Source: Albugo candida
Taxonomy: Eukaryota
Assembly (NCBI GenBank): GCA_040437565.1
Contig: JBDOQK010000012.1
Coordinates: 310,001 to 374,000, forward strand
Direction: 5' to 3'
DNA: 64,000 bases
A program made the position numbers and the translations under genes. A model generated the notes under the pieces. The model searched no databases. It saw only the letters and a program-made list of their open reading frames with translations, and was not told the DNA's origin. Shown piece by piece: positions 51,312 to 62,787 of the stretch (its first letter is position 1; each line of letters opens with the position of its first letter).

Positions 51312-52017
51312 CTTTTCGGCTCACAAAGGGACTGGCTGAGCAGGCACGAGTGCGCTAAGCATTTTGGCCGTTCTAAGAAGAAAATTCGCGCATTTGTGAA
51401 CGATCTCAAGAACTCAACATTGCGGAGCTTCTCGAGAAACTTGTCAGGCTGATCCGACTACCCAATTTTGATTACCCCTGCTAGGTTTTCTGAAATACAA
51501 TCAGACAAGTGTGCTGTGTTGTCATTGTGTTTGTTTGGGTCAACGTTTCTCTTGGTTGAAAAATTGGGTGCAACGCTGTTAGACTGCAAATCTTCATTTA
51601 GCTAGGAATCAAATGAGGTTCTTGGTCTCCCTTGCTCATAAGGTGGAGGAATGCGCTGGCTTATTCGGAGAAGTTGCAGACTTATCATCAAACAGATGCG
51701 GATCAAAGTTAATAAAGTACTGGAACCTTGAAATCAGACTAACGTCCTTCTGATGATCGAGTTAGTCTCGATATTATGCTTGAGTGTCAACAGCTTTATT
51801 ATCCAACGTGCCAGGAGGTCTCTGACAATCAAGAACCGATTTGTGATCACGGAACATCAAACACTGGGTAGTCGGATCAGCCTGACGAGTTTCTCGAGTA
51901 GCTCCGCAATGTTGAGTTTTTGAGATCGTTCACAAATGCGCGAATTGTCTTCTTAGAACGGCCAAAATGCTTAGCGCACTCGTGCCTGCTCAGCCAGTCA
52001 CTTTGTGAGCCGAAAAG
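51312..52017. repeat. Inverted repeat: 153-bp arms (51312-51464 and 51865-52017) with a 400-bp spacer
   Basis: The arms are reverse complements without indels; I count 5 mismatches. Confidence 0.95.
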
Positions 52018-52290
52018 AACGACTGATAGTCTTCTAGGTATCCGATATCCACTTACGTCATCGGTAGCATACTACTGGACTGATATTTGTGAGTGTTTAA
52101 AAGTATGCGAGCTGCTAAAAAAAATGAAAGGAGATGAGCGGCTAGCTACTTTCGATTTTTGTGTGGAATGGTGGAGGAGTTCATCGACAATTCAGAGGTA
52201 TCAATCGAATTTCTCCATGCCGCCAATTTTTCTGCATTGCCTGTGGGCATCAAAGATGGAAAGCTCGCTGTGTTCGGTTTAGTATCTTGA

Positions 52291-53988
52291 TCATTGTCTT
52301 GCCAGGGAACTATGTACCATATGAGTAATTGCCTCGATACTGAGCCCCAATACAAGGAAAAATGTTGCGAAGAAAGTAAAATACAGAACGACTGGAGCAG
52401 AGCGAGTATACCCGCCGAATGCTCGCAATTGTTGTGCATCCAGCCTTTGTTGTGGTAATAGAGGAATAGCTACGGTACTGATTCCATTGATGAGTGCAGC
52501 AGTGCATAATAGAAGCGCCAATTTTGGAATAGTATGAGCCGATACGGATCTGAGTACTGAGACTCCATTGTCCATCCTCTGACAAAGTGCACGAGTCGTA
52601 ATCGAAAAAATGCTGCGAAAAGATTGAAAAAGCCCTGACGTCGCCCCTTCCAATCCAGATTCAGCCAATTCAACTGCAGCTACTGGCGCTAATATACAAA
52701 GTATAGCGTCAGGAATTCCCGTCAAAATCTGGACAGAATAGTAGAACATCTCCTCGCGCACAGCTCCCACGTAAATTACCAGTAAGCTTCGAATAAGATC
52801 GACTGAGGCAGCAAACAAGAATCCGTAGAGCACAAACCAGCGCCACGAATTATTCATCCACCAGTTTTTCCAGGCTAGCATCACTGCCAATTTCATCATA
52901 GCACGTCCACCAATAACATACATCTCAGCTGAGCGCTTATATTCGACCAAAGTTCTTAAAACATACTCTGCGTTACCGAATTTGAAAGAGGTTGTTGCCA
53001 TGGCAAATGCCAAGAACAGAGCGACTTGCCATAGAGCCCGCTGATGACACATTCGAAAAAAGCGCTTGATGTTTTGCCCTCGGATATTACTAAAATCAGG
53101 TTCAGAGTACCTCCTGTCGTAGTTATTGCCATGCACAGCATCTTCTTCCGTTCGATAAATGATGATGGGAATCCCAGCCAAACAAATAATACATAGTGTG
53201 CCATAAATCCAAGTTGAGTGAATACGGGTTGACAGAGCCTTCGTTATTGCGTCATATTCTAATACAGCAGCTGTGATCCATGTACAAAAGCACTCGACGA
53301 GCGTACGAAAGATAAGAAAATTGATTAATATGGAACCCCGTGTTCGCAAAGGTTCTCTCTGTGATAGCTCAATGATGCGAGCTTCACTTGCGACTTTAAG
53401 AAGTACAATTCCAGCGATACACACTGGAATCAACGTCATGAATACATACATGAAATGAGGACCCGTTTTTTTCGAGCTGAGCTTTTTCGCATAGACAGTT
53501 GCCGATAATATTGTGAGGCCGAATAAAGCGAATGCTGCAATGACAAAACCGATGATCATGTAAGATTTCCTACGATATGTGGCAATTGGAACACAATCAG
53601 ACAGTAGTCCAAAAAAAAAACTCAGCGATGTTGGTAAGCTGACAAGACAAAATGGGCCGAATGGAGACTCATCGAGATGAATACCCAGAGTGCTTGGCAG
53701 GGCAGGTCGCACGCAGTATCGCAACATTGCATACACCGAGCTAAAAGCAAACGCAGCGGCCAAAAGACCATGGTGGTCTTTAGAAAACAACGATACTTCC
53801 CCACCTTCACGAAGTGCTCCTAATTGCTTGTAGTTGAAAAATTTAGCACCTGCCACAAATCGATTATCACGGTCAATCACAGATGCATCTATGCAAGACC
53901 CAGAGTCTGACTCCGAAGAGACCATCTCATTGGAGAACCCCATCCTATTGTGTGTTAGTGCCGCGGTAAGTTCGCTGGCCTGAGTCAT
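52291..53988 (-). CDS. Folate-biopterin transporter (BT1/FBT family), copy 3
   Basis: GALREGG, FFGLLSDCVPIATYRRKSYMIIG, ARIIELSQREPLRTRG and AVELAESGLEGATSGL; ATG 53988. Confidence 0.88.
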   Translation of the reverse strand: MTQASELTAALTHNRMGFSNEMVSSESDSGSCIDASVIDRDNRFVAGAKFFNYKQLGALREGGEVSLFSKDHHGLLAAAFAFSSVYAMLRYCVRPALPSTLGIHLDESPFGPFCLVSLPTSLSFFFGLLSDCVPIATYRRKSYMIIGFVIAAFALFGLTILSATVYAKKLSSKKTGPHFMYVFMTLIPVCIAGIVLLKVASEARIIELSQREPLRTRGSILINFLIFRTLVECFCTWITAAVLEYDAITKALSTRIHSTWIYGTLCIICLAGIPIIIYRTEEDAVHGNNYDRRYSEPDFSNIRGQNIKRFFRMCHQRALWQVALFLAFAMATTSFKFGNAEYVLRTLVEYKRSAEMYVIGGRAMMKLAVMLAWKNWWMNNSWRWFVLYGFLFAASVDLIRSLLVIYVGAVREEMFYYSVQILTGIPDAILCILAPVAAVELAESGLEGATSGLFQSFRSIFSITTRALCQRMDNGVSVLRSVSAHTIPKLALLLCTAALINGISTVAIPLLPQQRLDAQQLRAFGGYTRSAPVVLYFTFFATFFLVLGLSIEAITHMVHSSLARQ

Positions 53989-54519
53989 CAAAGAAATGAT
54001 TTGAGCTTATGCTTTTTTGTCAGATCACAATACTCAGGAATTGTTAAATTTAAAAGAGACATAAATTACTTCACCTGTTAAAGTCAAGGCTACTGATGAG
54101 CCTTTATCGTCCTCTTGCAGGAGCGCTTGGGAGCTCGACAGGCGTATAGCGCGCTTTATGTGATACATATCTGTACATTATGTTCGATATAGTGCAATCA
54201 ACGCCTGCACAATGTGCGTCGATTGGCGCGTATGCTATTCCCACCAAAACGGACCTTGCATCCCTGACATAACAGGTAGTACTAGGATGACGAGAAAAAA
54301 AATCAGTTTTTTTATACACAGATGAATGCATTAGCCAATACATATGCTTTCGTATAAGAATTTTATTCGAATTTGCGTTATCTAATGAGCTCACTTGAAA
54401 AACACCCTAAACAGCTCAGCTCTACACCTACGTCGCCAAGTGTTAGTCTGGAATTTTCCAAAACATGCGATCTACTCATTCATATCTACGCAAATACCAA
54501 ACACCGTTGTGCAATGAAG

Positions 54520-55130
54520 CGTTCTTCGCATACCAAAAAACCTCAATCAATTCTTGTAGAATGCAAGGTGCAGACACGAGCAATGTTAAGTAAAAATAAA
54601 CTCCCGTCCGATTCGACAAAGCATTGGCTTTGCTTTAAATTACATTTGTGGTGCCGGCCGCTCCTCTACAGCTGAAGCGACGTACGCAATATTTTTATAA
54701 GAGCCCATGAAAAGGGACAAATCCGCACGAATCACTTTTTCTGTGTGATGAACAATGCGTGTATTCAAGCAGGTATGTCATTGATTCCTTGATTCTTCCT
54801 TTACAAAGCATCAAGTAGAAAGCGCTCTACTTTCTTCAAAAAGCACAATTTTGGCGGAATACCCGCCTGGTCGAGGCTTCGTCTGTTTCGTGTTCCATTA
54901 CAGAGAGAAACACGAGGACGAAGCATACGAAGCGATCATCGACCAACTGATGCTTACTGATACACTTTTGTGTCAAATTATGAGTGTCACACGTCGAAGG
55001 GACTAGCTCGCAATCGCAATCCGTAAGGACAATGCTTGAACGATCTGCATGCCATTATGTAACTACTGAAGCCTTTCGACGATACCAGAAAACAGAGACA
55101 CAACTTGGATTGTTACGCTTAGCATCTCAC
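54520..55130 (+). pseudogene. Decayed copy of the PPR-like gene at 38734
   Basis: gaagcgatcatcgac is identical at 54929-54943 and 39346-39360; aatgcgtgtattcaagcaggtatgtcat versus aatgcgtgtatccaagcacgtatgtcat; ctactgaagcctttcgacga versus ctactggagcccatcgacga. Deletions and frameshifts are present. Confidence 0.85.
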
Positions 55131-55444
55131 TTTCCGCTTATGAAAATTGGAATGGGAGTGCCAAATATTTTGCAATGTGATGCGTATCGTAATGAATAGT
55201 TGCGTTTTTCTTGGTAATGCTAACACCCGTTATCAGAATCCCCCAAGCCGCAGAAAAGTAGCGCAGAAATAAGGTGCGTCTAAAAGAAAATAGCCTGCCT
55301 AGAAGCAGCGCTAAAAAACTCTTTTTGAGCGATATTGGACGCCATTGAACGATGCTGCAAATACCCGATGCGAATGTAATCACAACAAATGATTATTAAC
55401 CTTTATTGCCATGTAAGAGCATGCACTGACTTATAAAGCATCGA

Positions 55445-57506
55445 CTACAGATTTGATGCGCCAACATGTAGTCCATTGGTTGATGCACATACTTCGTGCA
55501 TTTCCACCAAAGCAATCTCCAGATACTTCTTAAGCTCATTAACATCATTTTCCGGGCATGCATGATACCCACTGATGCTGAAGCTGAATTGGTCGGGTTG
55601 AATGCCGTAACAGATCCCGTAGCCGTCATTGTATAATGCTGAAAATCCACCCCAGATTGGACTTGCGTTTCTTCCTCCACTAATGTTGCTGGTCGAAATA
55701 CGATATTTTTTGCTGATTTCAAACGCTTTATCTGTAAATAATGACGGCTTAGGGCTGATTCCGGACATTTCTGAGACAATCAATAGACCCATGAGATGAC
55801 GATCTATGCCTTGCCCCATCAGCGCTTGTTTGATCTTCGTACCATGCGTCGAAATCGCTTTTTTCATGGCCTCCCATTTCTCACTCGAGGAAGCTCCATC
55901 CTTCTCCATGATTTTGCAGAAATTGAGCGAGTCGGTGGTTAAGGACCGCATCGTCTCAGTGCGCCCATGATAAAACAAACGCGTATGTGCAGTTTCGTAC
56001 ACTGCAGGGATAAATTGATGCTGCTTGTAGAACGCTAGCTGAATGGCCAGCTGGATATAGAAATCTGGACCAAGCTTGTAGCGCTTAATGAAGGCGTCAC
56101 CATAGTGTCGAAACTCCAGCACGGTTAGATCACTAGCACTGATTAGTTTCGTGACGGCTATACTAGCGCACTCAATCGCACTATTCGCTTGATTGTCGAG
56201 TACCCAAGTCAATTTTCGTGGCCTTATAGGATTCGTCGCAATGGTCCGAGGACGATCAAGGTAAGAACTGAGATTGCTGTTGATCAGTTTAATGCAGAAA
56301 TCAAATAACCGAACGACAACTAGCGCGTCCGCCCACGCGTGTTGGCCATTTAACCCACCGAGACCATTTTCATAGGTAACCAAATTGAAAGGTTTATCAT
56401 ACCAGCGATTCCTGCCATTGCCCAAGAGGCAATTTCGCGCAATCTATAGACAGAATCACCAATTTCAGCATGATCAGTTGATGAGAACTAGCTCTTACCT
56501 CCTCCGATGTAGTAGGCGAGCTTTCGTCGAGTGCAACACAGAAGATTGCTTGCTCAATACACTCAAGTGATTCCTTATTCTTGGCATCTATCTTGATGAT
56601 ATGTTCCCTTGTCTACGGTAACAATATTGACGCCTCCAGTCCGTATGAATAGTTACAAGTGTGATCAAACCTTTGCCCAATTTGTGCGATTTTCTGAAGT
56701 CAGAACGCTCACCGGTGGATGTCGAATCAGTGTGAACAATCCAGTGGCCTCCTGTAGAACGCATTCGAATTGCCTCAGAATATCTGCCAGTGGGAGAATT
56801 TTCCCCTCATCATCTAGCACTTTGACGGCCCAAATTCCGTTATTTCGAAGGACTATGATGTGTTTGGCATTATGCGGATGCACCTCGATCTCGTCACATT
56901 CTTCCCCCGGTATGACGCAGGAATTGAACATCCTCGTGTAGGTGTACATACAAAGTGGTTGGCCGGCCATGCGTTCCACTGGATACGATTCTCTGCGTCC
57001 AAAAGAACAGTCAAAAGTCAAAAAATTAGCGCTTCATTGTCAAGCCAGAATTTAAAAAGATGCTGCTGGAAATCGTACGTAAATAGCGCCTCTCGAAATT
57101 GCAGGATAGCGTGTGTGAATGTAGCAGCAGCTTCTGCTTGGCTTAAATCTCGAGGTCCCCAGTTGCCTGGCAGTACTCCGTACCAGTTTATATTGATTGC
57201 AGACGGATATCGCGGTTGTAAGTACGCAAATGTTTCCCACCACTCTTCGAGCCAATTTCTCTCATCAGAAGCACGCTCCTCAAGAATTTGCTGCAGTTTA
57301 GGACCAACGCCGTGGAGAAAGTCATTGCAAACTGCCTTTGTGTGTATCAATTCCTGCTCATTCAGCAGCGGCTCACAACTCTCAACATATGCTTCCAACG
57401 TTTGTTCTAAAGATGGAAGTGGAAGAGATGGAAGAGACTCTTGATACTGAAACGTTTTTTCTCGAGAGCTTTCCTTTTCAGTCGCTTTGATTGCTACTTT
57501 GTTCAT
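55445..57506 (-). CDS. Carnitine O-acyltransferase (choline/carnitine acyltransferase family; CROT-like, possible PTS1)
   Basis: TFQYQESLPSLPLPSLEQTL, NWLEEWWE, NRWYDK, catalytic His in GQHAWAD, YETAHTRLFYHGRTET, GQGIDRHL and ISTS; C-terminus -SNL; three introns. Confidence 0.92.
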
Positions 57507-57668
57507 TGCTCTTTAAAAGCTTTGTAGAAAACTCTGAAAGATTAAAAGATCCGAAATTGATACTATCAAAATGCAGAGAGCAGAATTACAAAAGTATGCG
57601 TACATCTGTTGCTTCAGCCAATCACCTTGCTACTTTAATTGGAGCTTGTGGTCGAATTAAAGCGCTCC
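57507..57668. promoter_or_regulatory. Putative bidirectional promoter with a CCAAT box
   Basis: 162 bp between divergent ATGs; ttcagccaatca at about 57613-57624. Confidence 0.45.
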
Positions 57669-58581
57669 ATGTTTGCTCGCTGCATCACAAAAAGAGTATC
57701 AACGCAATTCTGTCGTTCAAGACTGGTATGTACATTTAGCAATAGTGCGGGTAATGTCAAAGAAGCCCCTGTGTATCGAAAGTATCGTACAGCACCAGCG
57801 TGGATAGCCGACATCCGGAAGCATGCGCAAAAGGATTTGTTTTTGAAGCGTTCAAAAATGAATCACTTGCTGCAAGACGTCGTAAACAAAGAGGAGCTTA
57901 GAGAATCTCTGGATATTATGAAGATTTACGAAGAGAAAAGAATTGATCTGATGACAAATGCCGCGGCAGAATTCATAAAAAAAGCGATTCAACTTGATGA
58001 GTGCGATTTGGTGATCAAAGCAATGGAAGAAAAGTATCGATTTATGCTATTTTTGGAACCAAAAATGCTGGCCAAATTGAATATAAAACTGATCAACGAC
58101 GATAGAATACAGGACGTCTACAAAGTACATCAAATTGCAAAAGAACATTATGAAGTCAAAGAAAATCGAAGGCTCTATGCAACGCTCATCTTGTATGTGT
58201 GATTTTTCTTTTTTAAGCTATTGGAGCGCTAATTCGTTCGCTATGACAGAGCGGCCGTCAAAGAAGGCGATTACGATAAAGCCCTCTCGTTCGCAAAAGA
58301 AGCTGCGTACGTCTTATGCTTTTGTTTTAGTTATTCTTTTTGCTGAAGAGCTATGTCTTTCAGTGAGAACAACAAATTATCGCGAGTGAGCTGCAATCTT
58401 TTACTTGCGCGTCTCCAAGAAAACCAATCAAGCGAACAAGTAAGATGACACTTTATTATTGCGGACATCAATCATTTTATGACCCGAATGTGCTCTCTAG
58501 TTTAGTCAGGCCCTCGAATTGATGAAAGAAGCCGGTATAAGTTTCAACGAGACGACGAACAAAATTATCGCTCGGCTGTAA
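57669..58581 (+). CDS. Second mitochondrial PPR/PTCD2-like protein (distant paralog of the 38734 gene), multi-exon
   Basis: Presequence MFARCITKRVSTQFCRSRL; helical repeats (AEFIKKAIQLDECDLVIKAM; RRLYATLI...AVKEGDYDKAL; ALELMKEAGISFNETT); TAA 58581. Confidence 0.6.
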
Positions 58582-61472
58582 TAGGCAGTATTCGTACAAT
58601 TATAAGGAACACGAACAGTTATTCCCACTAATTGCTTTCTTCTGAGCTTTAATCATCATAATAGAGAAGGGAACATGCAAAGAAATGATTAGAAGGCTGA
58701 CTTAAGATCAATTAGCCGTGGTATTCTAAATGGCGTTCATCTACGGGAAGTAGACCTGTGTATAGATAGATTAAACCTGTGTTCTCGCCAAATAACGCCT
58801 TCTACACAAGTGCGCTAAATCGGAATGCATACACAACCGTGGTCAAACGTTAAAGACTAACCATTTGCAAAGATACCTAAGGCAACGACCGTTTCGAAAA
58901 CCTGCAAAGTTTCATTGACTTCTGCGGTTGTTGACTGACGAACACTTTGAATGAGAGCGAGTTCTCGGAAAGCGTCGAATGCTCCATGTCATGATGTACA
59001 CATTGGAAATTTTCAAAGTCGCCGCTACTTGGCATTCTTCAAACAGTCACATGGGAGCGAAATTATGGAGTTCTTCTCGTTTATATCGGTCACTTACATG
59101 ATAGGCTGTCTAAATATCACAGAATCCACATTGTGTGTGTACGCCTTTTGATGTCGAGCAGAGCGGGCTACGCGATCGGATAGATTTGCCACAGATCACT
59201 AATTGATCTTTGTCGTGCTCAATGACACGGTAGATACATAGCCGCGGCTTACCTCTACGAAATACTTGGCATTGACAAGGGGGCACATTATACTCGTGAA
59301 CACGAGATTGGATTATTGGATTGTATAAGGGTGCACTACTACTGGCATGCACGAACTTCGGTGTGTTCACGGGTTCTTACACAGCACTTTCTATGCTTAA
59401 ATCGAGATACATTACGAATTATTTTAGCCAGCTAAGTTGTCAGGCGCCGGGATATCGGCAACGAAACATCGAGAGCTTCCGCACAAACGCCACACGAGTC
59501 ATGTGCGTTACTTCACCCTTTATTTCCCCGGCGAAAAGCAAGGTACATAAATTGAATGGCCGAATACTGATCTCCAAGCCGTGTTTATTGTCATCGGCGA
59601 AAGAGTCAGCTTACTTGGCTGAGTGTGTTTTCAGCCAGATCAGGACGACAAGGTCAGTCGCTGGAATTGATACGTTGACATTGACATCTATTGCAAAGCT
59701 ACCTAGTCCTTGTTCATCCACCAAATGCTCTTATGACGCGAACACCACGCATGTTGAAAGAGGATTAAGAAAACCTTAAACGGCATCTAAGATATTTTCC
59801 ATGTATGATGATAAAAATTCGAGGAGGATTGAGTAAAGTTCGAACATATCGGACAGATAGATCCACATATTCTGTCATCTGAGCCGTCTCAAGTGTAAAA
59901 GGATGGCCAGCAGGTGCCGATTCCTTATAAGCTTTATCTGCAACAGATCCATAACTGAACTTGATCTGGCGAAAACATTTATTTTTCATAATAAAGTAAA
60001 GACCGGGTCAGTCGCTGTTGGCAAGATGTAAGCTCTGCAATACATCTACAAGAGTCATGCAGCAGTTTGCCATACCCAACGATAATCGTTCAGAATGTTA
60101 TTCTGTATAGACTTGAATCGGAGCATGTGTATGTCTTGATTACGTGGTACCTTTCGTGATGTCAGCATGGAGTAAAAGAATATATGCACCTATTTTGCAT
60201 GACCCTTATAACAAATTAGCTTATAATTCTGGGGTTGTAATCACGACAGGCAATTCAAGCTCAATTCGACGAGATGATAATCTATATTACATCCACTAGA
60301 GCCCACGTCGTATCTCGTCATATTATATTTGAGGTGACAGCGACTGTTAGAAGATAGACCATAAATCTTGAAGCATGTGAGCCGAATCGATTACAAGGTG
60401 TAGTGTATGCAATAGGTCGCTCGCGGACGATTCGCTGACATGAGGAAGATAGCCAAGAAGAGGCTCAGGATATAAAAACACTTCTCGCTCACCAGCACTG
60501 AGATTTTGGACGATCGGTTCCATTCTTTGTTCATACTCCCGAGCACCCTGATCACTAAGGATTGCAGAGCATGTGGCATTACATTTGATATATAAGGAGG
60601 AACACGTCAAAGAACCTATTACGACACTTGTGCGTTCAATCAAGCATGCGTAATTTCTTCTATTATCACAATTACGATGCCAGCAGAAATGAGGCTAATG
60701 CGGCATCAGTGCCTCACGATCAGAAACAGAAATGGGTCATAGGAATAAGATACAGACAAGCACGAGTAAAACTCACTATTCATAGCCTGAAATCGGTTTG
60801 AACCAGCCCAATTTGAAGTCTAATCAAATACTGAAAACTCCCCGAGATAAGCGGCGTCCTAATCTGTCTTGCCACGGAATTTTACATTATGTATGGTCGA
60901 TTAGCACAACAGAAGTGTCAATCTTGTGCTGAGAACGCAAGGACTCGAATTGGGTAAGACTCTGGTGCAATCGACGAAGTGGCAGGAATAGAGCAACTCT
61001 TCCAGCTAGTACGCTACCGAAAAGCGTGCTAAGGTATGGAACGTAGACATTGATTTATTCTATCTAACATCCGCGATGATTCAGCAATCGCCCGAGTACT
61101 TGAATGGAGCCGATTCACAACCTGACGCGGGCATGGAGATACACAAACGCCAAATGCTGAACCTCGCGCATAGGCAGGAACACCTGACCGAGGACCATGC
61201 GTCGAATAGCATGACCAGGCCGCGTATTATCACGTTTCGATAAGATACACTCACAACTTGATTATACTTGAATTATCTCACATGCACATCGGTAGAACTA
61301 ATACAACTCACTTATCCTAAATAACGTGTACGGAAATTATTGATAGCTCATTCAATTCTGGGAGCTTTCACGCAGTAACGAAAACTGGTGCCTGCCGCTT
61401 GACGTTTTATCACGCTGGATGAACGCTAACTTGCACTGTCCCTCTATTCTGTAGGAAAAGGATACGGTGAGG

Positions 61473-62162
61473 TTAAATCGAGACAGACGATATCTTAGTT
61501 GGTAATGCAGATCCCCACTCATTTTCTACTTGTACATAGGTACCTTCTGGTGGTGGCATGGGATCCTCTAATTCCCACGGCAACTCATTCACTTCTTCCG
61601 TGTGTTTCCAAGTCAATATGATCGGATTGCCGTCACATTTCGCCAACAAAGAATGAATTTGCCTCGACACTTGACCACGGGATTTATTTACCACGAGTCT
61701 ATGATTGATCGCATACAATGTGTCTCCTATCCGGAGTCCTCCACTTGCTTCAGCTGGTCCCTTCATTCCATTCCAGTTACTCAAACTCGGTCCTTGTCCA
61801 CGATTTCGCGCGACTAATCGACGACCTTGTAGGCGGTAATAATCTACTATCACGATTTCAGCATTTTGCATGATCCGACTCCCTTGCGTTTTCACCATTA
61901 TACCCAGCCGCTTGAAAAAATCAAACTTTTTCGATGTATCTAGTAATAGCAAGTGTCCGCGGGAGCCGATTTGGACAGATTTGACGTCGAGGATCCCATT
62001 CCCGCCACCGCTTCCAATCCTGACTTCTGTTTCCCGGTCGTAGCTCAAACTCGTCGCGTAGACAGGTCCGACATAAAAAGCGCCATTTCCGTGAGGAGGC
62101 AGCTCATGGGATGCATGCTGACCCATTTCGAAAGTGTCAACAAAGTAACCACAATTGATCAA
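61473..62162 (-). CDS. PDZ-domain-containing exon/ORF
   Basis: LGIMV...GPAEASGGLRIGDTLYAINHRLVVNKSRGQVSRQI...PIILT matches the PDZ consensus. Flanking exons could not be resolved. Confidence 0.55.
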   Translation of the reverse strand: MINCGYFVDTFEMGQHASHELPPHGNGAFYVGPVYATSLSYDRETEVRIGSGGGNGILDVKSVQIGSRGHLLLLDTSKKFDFFKRLGIMVKTQGSRIMQNAEIVIVDYYRLQGRRLVARNRGQGPSLSNWNGMKGPAEASGGLRIGDTLYAINHRLVVNKSRGQVSRQIHSLLAKCDGNPIILTWKHTEEVNELPWELEDPMPPPEGTYVQVENEWGSALPTKISSVSI

Positions 62163-62787
62163 CCCTATCGCTTTATAATCCAGACTGATATTTGATTGAG
62201 TGCCAGAACCTTTCGACTCTAAACACTTTCTTTTCTCGCTAAGAACGTGTCGCTATCTAGAAGCACGTTCAGTTCTTGTAAAGAGTATGGAGAGTGCCAG
62301 CGACGACGCTGCTCTCTTATCGCCGGTATTCACTGTGACTGAATTATTGTAACTTTTTTGTTCGCAATGCTCTCTTGATGGATATTGCTCCGATTGATCG
62401 AAAATACACAAGTAAAGCGCTCATTTTTTGAATATGTCGATATTTCAAGATAATGTACATTGGTCAATAATGCTTCCTACAATTTTCGCTGGCAGTCAAA
62501 TAGATGATGAAATCCTTGCCATCACTGACGAATAAGAGACACACCGATTGTAGTTTTGACAAACCAACCTACAAGAGAAATCTGACTTGATGCGTATTGA
62601 CCTTTTTTCGCAAAGGTAATTTTAGTCAGCAGAAATTTAGAAGATTGACGTTGTACCACCAGGCACTGGTACAATAGATTCACAAGATCGACAATAGCGG
62701 GAAAATAGCATGTCCCATGACTTGTGATGACGATCTACTCAAACGTATTACTACGCTTTCTTTCCTCTATTACTCATACTTTACAAA

